NCBI GenBank assembly: GCA_965248055.1
Contig: CBDFIJ010000004.1
Coordinates: 576,001 to 640,000 of the forward strand
Direction: 5' to 3'
Source: Candidatus Multivoradales bacterium
Lineage (GTDB): Bacteria > Acidobacteriota > Thermoanaerobaculia > Multivoradales > JAHEKO01
DNA length: 64,000 nucleotides
Of the stretch, positions 29,524 to 39,653 are shown piece by piece (within the stretch, counting starts at the first letter, position 1; every line of letters begins with the position of its first letter). Under the pieces are notes generated by a model. The model had not been told where the DNA came from, searched no databases, and was given only the letters and a program-made list of their open reading frames with translations. The translations under genes and the position numbers were made by a program.

Positions 29524-31002
29524 CCACCCCGGGGCTGATGAAATACTGTGGTCTTCCATAAACTCAAGCACACCCTGATAGCCGAGATTACGTCCTAGAC
29601 CACTCTGTTTGAAACCGCCAAATGGCGCTCTGCTGTCTTGTGCCATCGGCCCGTGCGCATTCAAATAGGTATATCCGGCGTGCAACCGGCGAGCAAGACC
29701 CAACGCGCGTTGGGGGTCTTCCGTCCACACAGAGGAGCAGAGACCAAATTCTGAGTCATTCGCCATTTCCACTGCAACCTGCACATCGTCGAATGGAATG
29801 ATCGGCACCACGGGTCCAAATTGTTCGCTATTGACCACCTTAAACGAAGCATCAACATCGGTAACCACGGTAGGCCGATGAAAGTATCCTTGGTCAAAAG
29901 TCGCTGAGTCGGCGATCTTTCCGAGTTCACGAACCGTTGCCCCTTTTGCCCTTGCTTCATCGACCAACTCGCGGACGAAATCCATCTGCGCCTTGTTGTT
30001 GAGAGGGCCCATAGTGACGGCAGAATCGAGCCCGTCACCGACCACATGCTCGTCAACAACGGCGGTAAAACCGTCCACCAACTCCTGGTATCGAGAACGA
30101 TGGACATAGATCCGCTTGAGAGCCATGCACACCTGCCCCGTGGTCAAGAAGACACTCAGCACCATGCGGCGAAGCGCATCCTCCCCAAGATCCGCGTCCT
30201 CGAGTATCAGGCCAGCGTCGTTGCCACCCAGCTCCAAAGTCACGTGCTTCAACGTCGGCGCCACCGAAGCCATGACGTGCCGCCCGGTCTCGATACCACC
30301 GGTAAAGTTCACTTTGCGAACCAACGGGTGAACCAGTAAAGCTTGCCCCACCTCACCCCCTGACCCAGTCACCAGGTTGATCACCCCGGGAGGCAATACG
30401 CGCGCCATTCGTTCGATCGTTTGTGCCGGTGCCAGCGACGCCGAACGGGCCAACTTGATGACCACCGTGTTGCCGGCCATCAATGCCTGCGGAAGCTTTG
30501 CGCCGAGAATCGAGAGCGGCCAATTCCACGGCGTAATCAGTGCGGCAACGCCGCGCGGTTGGCGGGTGATGATGGTGTCGAAAGGCGGTCCGGCAAGGTG
30601 TTCTTCCTCTGCCAAGCGTTCTGCCATCGAAGCGCACAACCGAAAGCGGTCTCCCAGTCGAGCCACCTCCAGGTGGGCTTCTTTGAGAACCTTCCCGTGC
30701 TCCCGAGTAAATAGCCGAGACCGCGTCGCTACTTCCTGTGGATCATTCGCTAAGTGATCGGCTACTTGGACCAAGTAGCCAGCTCGTTCTTGGAAAGTGA
30801 GCGCGGCCCAAGCTGGAAACGCTCGATCGGCTGCCTCGACCGCCGCGTCAACGTCTTGTTGGCTCCCTGCGGCAGCACGGCCTACCGTTTCGCTAGGTCG
30901 CGCTGGATTGCAAACCGAGTAGTAGTTTCCCAACTTAGGCGGACGCCATTCCCCATCAATAATCAACTGTGTTTCGACCGAAGCCTCGGACTGTATGGTC
31001 AC
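29485..31002 (-). CDS. Aldehyde dehydrogenase family protein
   Basis: ITPWNWP, FTGG, LELGGND, GQVCMA, EQFGPV, PFGGFKQSG. Confidence 0.95.
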   Translation of the reverse strand: MTIQSEASVETQLIIDGEWRPPKLGNYYSVCNPARPSETVGRAAAGSQQDVDAAVEAADRAFPAWAALTFQERAGYLVQVADHLANDPQEVATRSRLFTREHGKVLKEAHLEVARLGDRFRLCASMAERLAEEEHLAGPPFDTIITRQPRGVAALITPWNWPLSILGAKLPQALMAGNTVVIKLARSASLAPAQTIERMARVLPPGVINLVTGSGGEVGQALLVHPLVRKVNFTGGIETGRHVMASVAPTLKHVTLELGGNDAGLILEDADLGEDALRRMVLSVFLTTGQVCMALKRIYVHRSRYQELVDGFTAVVDEHVVGDGLDSAVTMGPLNNKAQMDFVRELVDEARAKGATVRELGKIADSATFDQGYFHRPTVVTDVDASFKVVNSEQFGPVVPIIPFDDVQVAVEMANDSEFGLCSSVWTEDPQRALGLARRLHAGYTYLNAHGPMAQDSRAPFGGFKQSGLGRNLGYQGVLEFMEDHSISSAPGWLFGPSHKADLAG

Positions 31003-32717
31003 TGCCTATCTCCTTGTTCGCTCGCGATTCGACTTTGTGATTCCAGTACATCGGGTTGCCGACAGGCAAAGTTTTCCGCTTGATCAATACTGCCCACGCC
31101 TAGATAACGTGCAACCATCGGATAAGCACAGACAAGTCTCGTCCGAGTCACCTCCGCTCCCTCCGAGGTAGCAGACATTCCACCCGGGCCGCGGCCTACT
31201 CCGAATGCTTCTCCGGCCAACTTGCTCGCCACAAGCTGAGTGGGAGCGATGTCCGCTTCAACCCATTGTTCGAGTGCAGATAGATCGTCGAATCGATCGG
31301 GGCCAGGGCCTCCGCTGCAGTGGTACATCCCCGGAACCATGAATAGCCGAATCACGTCGTTCGCTATTTCGTGTCCCATGGTTTCATGCACGCGATCAAA
31401 GTATTTGATCGTACGTAGCGGGTTGAGACCGACATCGGCCCAACCATGCCACATTAAGATCTTGCCACCGTGCTGATGCAATCCGGTCAAATCAGCATCG
31501 TCAGCGTTCATCAGTTCGGTCATCAAGGTGAAGTCGGGCACCGATTCAAAATCAAAGTCAACCAGCACATCAAACTCCGGACGATCTTCTTCAAAAGCTA
31601 GGTACTGAAAGAAGCTGCGCGCGTTTCTCAGTTGCACCGGCTCAAAGTCATTGCCACCGTAGGCATCTTCTCCATCACTTGTAGAACCTGCATGCAAAGA
31701 GTGGGAGCCGATGAAGTATATGTCCCAACCGCCGGTGAAACCCGAGCTTGCGTTGTCCATCCACTCCCCTCCCACGACATGCCCCGGGTACCGTTCTGGC
31801 CCCGGCCCCGCATAGATCTTGGCGATAGCGGCTATCTGTGCGGTGCTGAAGCAGTCGTTCTGGTCTCCCTCGCTACACACCGTGAGGTCTCTCTGTGGAT
31901 CAAAATCACAACGACGCGGATCGTCAATGAGACCGTCTTCAAATCCGTCGCGACCATCACAGTTACGATAGACAGCCGCACCCAACGCCTTCAGTTTTTC
32001 TCGTGGCAGATAGCTCTCCGGTTGAGCAAATAGCGCCTGCGACACCCAAGCTGCGCTATAAACCTGTTTCTCAGTGTAGTCATAGATCGGGGCGCCGATG
32101 CTGAGTCCGTCAAAATCTTCGGGGTATCTTTGCGCCTCGATCAAGCCCTGCCGACCGCCAGTCGAACAACCTCGAAAATAGGATTTCCTCGGTGCCAGTC
32201 CGTAGTGTTTCTCGATCATCTGTTTTGTTGCCTGCGCCGAAACATGCACCGCACGATAGGCAAAGTCGATCTCAGCCTGTCGGTTGTTGAAAGCAAAGGT
32301 CGGCGAAGGCCCCCGATGCCCAGTGTCGGTTGAGGCCGTCGCGTAACCACGCTTTAAGCCGTTCGACTGATCGAAAAACGCACCTTGGTACCCTCCGTTC
32401 CCGACCATGTAGAACTTGCCATTCCACTGGGTCGGCAAACGTAGCTCGAAACCCACTGTTGACCCCACCCGCCCTTCGATTTGGCAGTGTTGCGGCAGTT
32501 CGCCTGTCATAGCGACCAACTCCGCACTCAGAACTGAAACCGTTTCGTGGTCCCATGCCAGCCATTGAACACACTTCTGTTTTGGGTTCGGATCTGCGAT
32601 GACAACTTGAGTAGCGGCGAGAACCGCAAGGACACAAATACAAGCGGGCGCCCATCCGATTCGAGCCGGAGGATCTTGTTTCGACTTCGAGTACTGCAGA
32701 GTTCGTCTTTGAATCAA
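30999..32717 (-). CDS. Secreted tannase/feruloyl esterase (MHETase-family) alpha/beta hydrolase
   Basis: GCSTGGRQG nucleophile elbow, WHGWADV, PGMYHCSGG (CS-D-HC motif), hydrophobic signal. TTG start inferred from overlap with the upstream stop. Confidence 0.9.
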   Translation of the reverse strand: MIQRRTLQYSKSKQDPPARIGWAPACICVLAVLAATQVVIADPNPKQKCVQWLAWDHETVSVLSAELVAMTGELPQHCQIEGRVGSTVGFELRLPTQWNGKFYMVGNGGYQGAFFDQSNGLKRGYATASTDTGHRGPSPTFAFNNRQAEIDFAYRAVHVSAQATKQMIEKHYGLAPRKSYFRGCSTGGRQGLIEAQRYPEDFDGLSIGAPIYDYTEKQVYSAAWVSQALFAQPESYLPREKLKALGAAVYRNCDGRDGFEDGLIDDPRRCDFDPQRDLTVCSEGDQNDCFSTAQIAAIAKIYAGPGPERYPGHVVGGEWMDNASSGFTGGWDIYFIGSHSLHAGSTSDGEDAYGGNDFEPVQLRNARSFFQYLAFEEDRPEFDVLVDFDFESVPDFTLMTELMNADDADLTGLHQHGGKILMWHGWADVGLNPLRTIKYFDRVHETMGHEIANDVIRLFMVPGMYHCSGGPGPDRFDDLSALEQWVEADIAPTQLVASKLAGEAFGVGRGPGGMSATSEGAEVTRTRLVCAYPMVARYLGVGSIDQAENFACRQPDVLESQSRIASEQGDRQ

Positions 32718-34672
32718 GACATTCGTGGTTCGCCACGCCCGATAGAAAATGCGGGATGCCATTTCGAGCCAGCTCCCCAAAAACGATCTTGGATGTGAAC
32801 ATCGAGTACATATGGGTGGCCGGAATCAACGATCTGTAAGCAACGTTCCATCGCCTGGTTCAATCTTGCCGGATCTTGGACCATCTCGCCGTCGACTCCG
32901 TACCCTTGAGCAATCTTGATGTTGTCGATTTCCGGCTCCCCGAGATAACTGCCGATGTACTTCCCGGTCTCGGCGGCTCGCCCACCGTATTTGTGTAACG
33001 CAAGGCGGTTCGCTTGATACCCGTGATTGTTAAAAATGACGACTGCGATCGGCACTTGATAGCGGGCGGCACTCCACAGAGCCTGTACCCCGAACTGAAA
33101 ACTTCCATCGCCAAGCAACAGCGCCACCTGACGGTCGGGATAGCCGATTTTGCTACCGATCGCGGCGCCGATCCCCCAACCCAAAACCCCCCCAGCAGAC
33201 GTCACGTGAAGACGGCCACCGCCCGACTGATCGAAGTCCAAGTAATTCCACAGGTTGAAATCGGAGGTCGCAAGTTCGCTGACAACTACCGCCTCAGGAT
33301 CCAACTTACGATTCAGCTCGACGGTGAGTCGCTCCGGCGCTACAGGAGACTGATCCCAGACCTTGCTCGCGGCATCTGTCAGCCGTTGGCGACGCTGGTG
33401 ATGATGGGCTACGACAGCCTCGCGCCGCGCATCAATTTTGTCGGTCGGCAGTGTCCGGCCGCGCAACTCCTCCAAAACACTCCGCAGAGTGGTACTCGCG
33501 TGCCCAGTAATCCCCAGGTCTACCGGATAATTGCGCGCTACTTGGTTGCCGTCAATACTGCTGTGAATGGTTATCGTTTGTCGATCAACAAGAGGTTGAG
33601 ACGGAGGGTTGAAGAGCGTAAACATAGTGCCACCAACCGACCAATAGAGGTCTGTACGCTGAGGAAACTCCTTCTCAAGGGTAAATAGCCCTCCGTACTG
33701 CGGGTGTGTCGTCGGCAGGCTGACCGGTGCATGAACCGCAGGTACATCCCCCATCAGGGGAGCCCCTAGTAACTCTGCGATCTGCACCAATTCGGGTACT
33801 CCACCGTGCAAACTCAGCTCGCGCCCGGCAACCAGTAACGGAGATTCTGATTTCACCAGCAAATCGACCAAAGCACTAACCGTCGCGGAATCAGGTTTCC
33901 ATTCAACGTCAACTTGTGACCTGGAAACCGGCAAGATCTCCGCTTCCGCTATTTCTTGTTCGACCAGGTCTTTAGAAATACTTAAGAAAGTAGGGCCGCC
34001 TGGCGGAACTTGCGATACCAAGAATGCGCGTCGCAAAGCTTCAGCGATCTTGTCTGCCCGCAATAAATCCCAGCTCCAGCGAGTGTAATCGGCGGGCAGG
34101 TCGTGGAGACGCGGCGCTTCAAGAAACGCATTGCGCCCCCGGATTTGTGTACTCTGCCGACCCACGGTGACCACCAACGGGATGCGATCTTTGAACGCAT
34201 TAACCATTGATCCGAGCGCATAGGCGGTACCAGCCAGCGAGTGGATGTTGACAAAAGCGGGCTTCCCTTGGCTGCGGGCATAGCCGTCCGCCATAGCCAC
34301 AACGGACCCCTCGTGGATGCCGAACACGTACTGTAAATCGGTTCGATCTACCAACGCGTCGAGGAAACCCACCTCTTCCGAGCCACCCAGACCAAAGACG
34401 TAGGAGATCTCCCAATCTCTAAGAAACTCCGCCATCACCTCACCACCCGTGAGATTGCGAACGGTTCTACCCCGAGCAGGTTGACTCTGCAACGCCGGCG
34501 CCTCGACGCTACCCAAAAGAGACAGCGCCGCGGGAGCGGTCAAACCACTAGCGACGGCCTGAGAGATAAAGCTGCGACGCGAGATCTCACCTTCGAGGAG
34601 CGCTCGAACCGATTCCCGGGTGGTCATCACGCGACTCGAATGTATTTCTGCTTCTGCATCAAACTCCCTCAA
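32714..34672 (-). CDS. TPP-dependent 2-oxoacid decarboxylase (benzoylformate decarboxylase-like) with Tat-like signal
   Basis: HEGSVVAMADGYAR, NIHS, GDGSFQF...NNHGY TPP motif; N-terminal SRRSFI plus hydrophobic stretch. Start 34672 or 34627. Confidence 0.85.
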   Translation of the reverse strand: MREFDAEAEIHSSRVMTTRESVRALLEGEISRRSFISQAVASGLTAPAALSLLGSVEAPALQSQPARGRTVRNLTGGEVMAEFLRDWEISYVFGLGGSEEVGFLDALVDRTDLQYVFGIHEGSVVAMADGYARSQGKPAFVNIHSLAGTAYALGSMVNAFKDRIPLVVTVGRQSTQIRGRNAFLEAPRLHDLPADYTRWSWDLLRADKIAEALRRAFLVSQVPPGGPTFLSISKDLVEQEIAEAEILPVSRSQVDVEWKPDSATVSALVDLLVKSESPLLVAGRELSLHGGVPELVQIAELLGAPLMGDVPAVHAPVSLPTTHPQYGGLFTLEKEFPQRTDLYWSVGGTMFTLFNPPSQPLVDRQTITIHSSIDGNQVARNYPVDLGITGHASTTLRSVLEELRGRTLPTDKIDARREAVVAHHHQRRQRLTDAASKVWDQSPVAPERLTVELNRKLDPEAVVVSELATSDFNLWNYLDFDQSGGGRLHVTSAGGVLGWGIGAAIGSKIGYPDRQVALLLGDGSFQFGVQALWSAARYQVPIAVVIFNNHGYQANRLALHKYGGRAAETGKYIGSYLGEPEIDNIKIAQGYGVDGEMVQDPARLNQAMERCLQIVDSGHPYVLDVHIQDRFWGAGSKWHPAFSIGRGEPRMS

Positions 34673-34754
34673 CCTTTCTAGCCTCGGTAGCTTCCGTCGG
34701 ACGCAACTGCTCTACCTACGCAAACCACGTCGGCGCGGCCCAGACTCCGGCCCT

Positions 34755-37229
34755 TTAGAAATTCTTCACCAGCGTAACCCCAAAGGTCCGCGGTGGGAGG
34801 TAGCTTCCAAGCAATAATTCCTGCCTTCCCGGTCCGGGGCGTAGTCCGACTACCTGCGGTGGTGTCAGGAGATTGTTAGGGGTTGTGAACTGCGCACCCA
34901 GAATGTCGTCGTCTTCGAGGTTGTTCACCCACGCCTCGATGCTCCAATTCTTGGCGCTCAAGTAGGTGAGTCGCAAATCGGTTCGGGTGTAGCTGTCCTG
35001 TAAGTTCTGTGGATTGTTGAACGGCAATAAGTAGTAATCATCTTCCCAATGAAAGTTGACTCGTGGAGTCAAACTAGCCCCGTTGTCGAAATACCACGCG
35101 TAGGCATCTAGGCCAACGTTGATCGAAAACTCCGGCGCTTTTGGCAATTTATTACCTGCCAAATCTCGGGGCTGCTGGCCAGGAGATTGGGGATCGTCAA
35201 CATCGGCAAACTGGTCGTACTCTGCGTTCAAGACAGCCAGCGTAAGGTCTAGCCTGGTGCGATTGTTCGGCAACCAATTGGTCACCAATTCCGCACCCTG
35301 GATAGTAGATTTTCCAGCATTTAGCGTAATGATTTGAGCACTGACAACCTGACTCACCTGCTGATCGGTAAAGTCATAAAGAAAGACACTGAAGTCGGTC
35401 TGCAACCTGCGGTTTTCACTGATCCCCTTGGCCCCGAATTCGTAAGACAGCAGCTCTTCTGGATCGTAAGTGTTGGCGTCATTAAAGCCACCTGCTCGAT
35501 ATCCCGTACCGGCTGATCCGTAGACCAGCCAACGGTTATTTGGCCGCCAATCTAATCCAAATTTCCAGGTAGTTTTGTTCCAACTATCCGCTTGGTTGCG
35601 AGCTTGGCAACGATAAATGGTAATCGCGCCGCCGATACATACCGGAGCCACCCCGGGTGCAACACCGGTCGGACCACTATCTACGGCTCTCGGCGCAGTC
35701 AACGGAGCCAACGTAAATCCTACGTAAGAGCCGTTGCCGTCGTCTTTCTCATCATCGGTAAAGCGCACCCCAGCAGTGACACTGAACTGATCCGTTGATC
35801 CAAAGGCCAAAGTGCCCTGCCCGAAGAAAGCTTTGGATTCCTGAGTCTGGTCGTCAAAGCGGTTGACTCGCACCGCCGGCTGACCACCCAAGAGTGGCGG
35901 CGGGGCGCCTAGCAGAGGAGCGATAAAGCCGGTACCGGACAGCCCCTCGACAAAGGCATCGAATTCAGTATCTTGTTCTTCTTTAAAATAGTAGGCGCCG
36001 GCAATCCAGTTGAACAAGCTGGCACCGCTAGACGCCAGCCGGGTTTCAAAAGACACCGACTTGGAATCCACATCGGTCACCGCGAAGTTGCCGACTGTGG
36101 GATTTGCGCGAGCGATACAACCTGCGGTGAACGGTCCGCTGAAGCGGCATAAGTCTTCGGCACGAGGCACCACCGAAGTACCATCCCGATCAACGACTCC
36201 AGCCCTTTGATTACTTCTAAAACCTAGAATCGACGTCCATGTCGTGGTGCCCAAATCCCATTCGACCTCGGCTTTAATGCCGCTGTCATTGTTGTCGGTC
36301 TCGGCATTGGTGTTCAGCGGAAAATTTTGCGGATCTATAGAAAATGGATACCGAAATGGGGTCGGATCGTCGGGTCTGCCAAACGGAATTGCTGCCATTA
36401 CGGTGCCATTGGGAGTCTGCTCAAAATAGTCTGCTACCAGGGAAACGGTCACCTTTTCACTAGCATTCCAAAGCAAAGACCCTCGGGCAGCTAGCTCATC
36501 TCGATCGTCGCCGTCCGCAGCCGGACCGTTGTTTCGCAATCCATCTCTCTGAGCATAGAAAAAGGCAAACCGGCCCGCCAGCCGTTCATCGGCTAGAACG
36601 CCGTTGGTGACGCCTCGAAGTTCGAAAAGGCCCTCGCTGCCTGCACGAACCTCGACGCTATTTTTCTTTTCAAAAAGCGGCAGTTGCGGGACCACGCTAA
36701 TGGCTCCCGAAGTGGTATTACGACCCCACAGTGTCCCTTGCGGACCCCGCAGCACTTCGACACGAGCCAAGTCATACAGCAACGCGTTACCACTGCTGAT
36801 CCGTGGCAGGTAGACACCTCCCTGATAAACCGCAATCGACGGGTCACCATCATTGGTGATGGCGTCATTGGAGATTCCTCGGATGGTGAACTGAGCACCA
36901 CCAAAACCCAAGTTGAGATCGCCGAACTTGAAATTGGGGACCGCAGAAACCAGATCCTCTGCTTTCTGGATGCCGTTTCTGTCCAAAGCATGCTGGTCAA
37001 ATGCGGAAACCGCCAACGGAGTCTCTAACACCGTTGATTCCCGCTTCTCGGCAGTCACCGTAATCTCCTCGATGATCGTGCCTCCCTCCGGTTCGACTTT
37101 CTCGGCGGACTCAGCTGCCTCCCCATCGCCAGCCTCCTGTGCCATGACCCCACCTGGCAAGATCAACCACATCATGGCGCAAGCAGCAAAAAAGAACCGA
37201 AAACAACGACGGCAAAAGCAGATGGTCAT
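34755..37229 (-). CDS. TonB-dependent receptor
   Basis: GGAGG RBS, TonB box EEITVTAEKRE, RVEVLRGPQGTLWGRN, C-terminal PRTFGVTLVKNF. Confidence 0.93.
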   Translation of the reverse strand: MTICFCRRCFRFFFAACAMMWLILPGGVMAQEAGDGEAAESAEKVEPEGGTIIEEITVTAEKRESTVLETPLAVSAFDQHALDRNGIQKAEDLVSAVPNFKFGDLNLGFGGAQFTIRGISNDAITNDGDPSIAVYQGGVYLPRISSGNALLYDLARVEVLRGPQGTLWGRNTTSGAISVVPQLPLFEKKNSVEVRAGSEGLFELRGVTNGVLADERLAGRFAFFYAQRDGLRNNGPAADGDDRDELAARGSLLWNASEKVTVSLVADYFEQTPNGTVMAAIPFGRPDDPTPFRYPFSIDPQNFPLNTNAETDNNDSGIKAEVEWDLGTTTWTSILGFRSNQRAGVVDRDGTSVVPRAEDLCRFSGPFTAGCIARANPTVGNFAVTDVDSKSVSFETRLASSGASLFNWIAGAYYFKEEQDTEFDAFVEGLSGTGFIAPLLGAPPPLLGGQPAVRVNRFDDQTQESKAFFGQGTLAFGSTDQFSVTAGVRFTDDEKDDGNGSYVGFTLAPLTAPRAVDSGPTGVAPGVAPVCIGGAITIYRCQARNQADSWNKTTWKFGLDWRPNNRWLVYGSAGTGYRAGGFNDANTYDPEELLSYEFGAKGISENRRLQTDFSVFLYDFTDQQVSQVVSAQIITLNAGKSTIQGAELVTNWLPNNRTRLDLTLAVLNAEYDQFADVDDPQSPGQQPRDLAGNKLPKAPEFSINVGLDAYAWYFDNGASLTPRVNFHWEDDYYLLPFNNPQNLQDSYTRTDLRLTYLSAKNWSIEAWVNNLEDDDILGAQFTTPNNLLTPPQVVGLRPGPGRQELLLGSYLPPRTFGVTLVKNF

Positions 37230-37364
37230 CGAGACCCTCCTTGGCGTTTGGGGATTTCTTTCAAATACGCCGACACATCGCCGAGCGCATAGCTTCGTTT
37301 GAGTATCAACCAACCATATTTCTTCTTGAGGCTGGGAGCGTTGCAATTGGAATACATCGAGTGA

Positions 37365-38540
37365 CTAGGGCAAATGGATTCGGGTCGGATACGCGTCTCG
37401 CAGCGCTGCGTGCAAGAAACAAGTCTGTTCGCCCATAAAGGCAATCTGTTGCGCGACCTCGTCCGATTCATCCAAGGTTAGGTAGAGAGAGGTGTCAACC
37501 GGATCTGCAGCGGCCTGGCCGCCAGGTTCGGCTCTGGTGAAGTTGTTGTCTTGCACTATTCTGTAGGTATCGAGTGCACGTTTGGTAATTTGGGCGTAGC
37601 GGCCGATCTGGGTCATGAAACAAAAACCGATACCAGCCGACAGGTAACCTAGAGCAGGTGGAGCTTGCTGTTCGCCGCCGTCTTCACACAGCAAGCGAAA
37701 GCTACTGCCGATTGGTTGCAATAAGCGAACTTGAATCTCTTTGAGGGTCGACGTCAGCATCCTGGCCTCACCCCGTACATGCAAGTCCCTTTTCTGCACC
37801 GCCTGCAGACTGGACCCCGCACCACCGGCCACCCCTTCGAGTACTTCGGCCTCAGACAACTTAGCAATGATGCCATCGGCAAATTCACCGTTTGCCGGTT
37901 GAAGACTGTCAAAGCTAGTAGCGGAACCGTCGATTGGCTGTGGTGACGACCGAAGGGTTTGCAATGCCAACGCCTGACCGTTTGCAGCCACCGAAAAGGT
38001 GTTCTCAATACGATCACGCATGTAGGCCTCAGCCGGAGAGGCCGCAAGGCCCAAGTCGAGGATCTGAGCGATCTGCTCCCTGGCTGCATCCGCTTCGATC
38101 GCCACTGTCAGGTCGATCGACTTCGCACCCCCGACCATATTGCCGCGTAGCGCTGAACCTTGCATCGTGTAGTAGTGATCTGAGCTGACAGCGAAATCTC
38201 CAACCTCAGTGCCCTGAGCTGCCGCATGCGCCAACACTTCGGTCATGAACGAAAAAACCACTCCCGCCGTGTAAAACGCAAGCGGAAATGGCGCTAGATC
38301 AGTACCGTTGAGATAGGGACCCTCATCGCTCACCATGCGCCAGGTCGAGCCATCGGGACCGTGGTGCACCAAAGCCTCCTTCTGCATGCCCTCCAAGGCT
38401 CGGACCTCTGAGCGCACATGCAAGCGACCCGGAGACTCCATCTTTGGTAATCCACGGTGATCCCTTAACTTGAAAGAGAGCGGACCACCAATGCTCTCAA
38501 TGGAAGGCACGATTTGGTCACCAGTTCTACTACCTGTCAT
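37365..38540 (-). CDS. Tandem OsmC-like domain protein
   Basis: Two OsmC-like halves (SDEG...DLAPFPL and CEDG...APPAL); Cys pair GFCF and TCFLH in the C-terminal half. Confidence 0.7.
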   Translation of the reverse strand: MTGSRTGDQIVPSIESIGGPLSFKLRDHRGLPKMESPGRLHVRSEVRALEGMQKEALVHHGPDGSTWRMVSDEGPYLNGTDLAPFPLAFYTAGVVFSFMTEVLAHAAAQGTEVGDFAVSSDHYYTMQGSALRGNMVGGAKSIDLTVAIEADAAREQIAQILDLGLAASPAEAYMRDRIENTFSVAANGQALALQTLRSSPQPIDGSATSFDSLQPANGEFADGIIAKLSEAEVLEGVAGGAGSSLQAVQKRDLHVRGEARMLTSTLKEIQVRLLQPIGSSFRLLCEDGGEQQAPPALGYLSAGIGFCFMTQIGRYAQITKRALDTYRIVQDNNFTRAEPGGQAAADPVDTSLYLTLDESDEVAQQIAFMGEQTCFLHAALRDAYPTRIHLP

Positions 38541-38918
38541 TATCCCTTCTCTTTCAGCTCAATACGTTCGTCCAAAAGGTAAGGATCGCTCTCGTTGTAT
38601 CGACCCCCGGCGATCTCCCGCTGAAGTTCCATGACCGAATTGGGAAATAGCCAAAACAGAAACATAGATCCAGCAGGGATACCGAACCACGCCGACGACG
38701 CTTGTCCGTCAGAACCAAGCTCGACTCTAGGAATGACAAATAGACTGAGGGGGAAACCTAGTGACTTGAGGCATCGAAGACAAACCGCCAATTTCGTGAA
38801 TACAACCACGAAACCACGCCGAACTACTTCAGGAGCCATCAAATTACCTACTTCCCCATGACTATCTAGGTTGAGGTCGTTTCTTGATTTTGGTGGTCAA
38901 AGACATAATATTTTTGGC

Positions 38919-38948
38919 AGCATACTCGCTGCTAATCGAAGGTGTCAA
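38919..38948 (-). promoter_or_regulatory. Putative sigma-70 promoter for the osmC-TBDR-TPP-tannase-ALDH operon
   Basis: Minus strand TTGACA-N18-TATGCT. Confidence 0.5.
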
Positions 38949-39018
38949 AACAGCCTGCCTTGAAAACCGGAGCCGTGACTTGAACCGGGGTCAGCCGCAT
39001 TGAGCCAATAGATGACAA

Positions 39019-39591
39019 TTATTCTGCTCCTTGCCAGCGTTCGAATAGATCCTTGTCGAGCTTGATATCCAATAAGTCCAAGACTCGATTTACCGTTTGA
39101 TCGACGATTGCCTCGATATTCTTCGGGCGATGGTAGAACGCGGGAGTCGGTGGGACAATCGTGGCTCCCAGCTCCGCCGCTTGCGCCATTAGACGCAGGT
39201 GCCCCAAATGAAGCGGCGTTTCACGAACCACTAGAACCAAGTTGCGCTTCTCCTTGAGGGTCACGTCAGCCGCTCGAACCAAGAGGTTCTGCGAGAAACT
39301 GTTGGCGATTCCCGATAGGGTCTTGACTGTGCACGGAATCACCACCATACCTAAGGTCTTAAACGAACCCGATGAAATCGAAGCGGCGATATCGCTAGGA
39401 GCGTGCGAGTAGTCAGCTAGAGCGGCGACTTCCTCCACTTTTCGATCCGTCTCCAACAAAATCGTACGCTTCGCCGAGGGGCTGATCACCAAGTGCGTCT
39501 CTATTTCGCCAACCTTCCCCAACACTTCCAGTAGCCGAATACCATAGATCGCTCCAGTCGCTCCAGAGATGCCGACGACAAGTCTCCTCAA
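39019..39591 (-). CDS. ubiX: Flavin prenyltransferase UbiX
   Basis: VGISGATGAIYG, ISSGSF, RAADVTLKE, RETPL, PAFYHRP. Confidence 0.95.
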   Translation of the reverse strand: MRRLVVGISGATGAIYGIRLLEVLGKVGEIETHLVISPSAKRTILLETDRKVEEVAALADYSHAPSDIAASISSGSFKTLGMVVIPCTVKTLSGIANSFSQNLLVRAADVTLKEKRNLVLVVRETPLHLGHLRLMAQAAELGATIVPPTPAFYHRPKNIEAIVDQTVNRVLDLLDIKLDKDLFERWQGAE

Positions 39592-39653
39592 GGCTGCACC
39601 CCATTTCCTTTCCGAACTTGCCGGCTCGGCATTCTCAAATCTATACTTCGCAA

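Noticed and set aside
38540-38842. 100-aa ORF upstream of the OsmC-like gene
   Set aside because: No recognisable motif or clear RBS; could be leader sequence or a remnant, so not called.
38915-38930. Sigma-54-like TGGCAGCATACTCGCT on the plus strand
   Set aside because: No plus-strand gene downstream; it overlaps a better minus-strand sigma-70 candidate.
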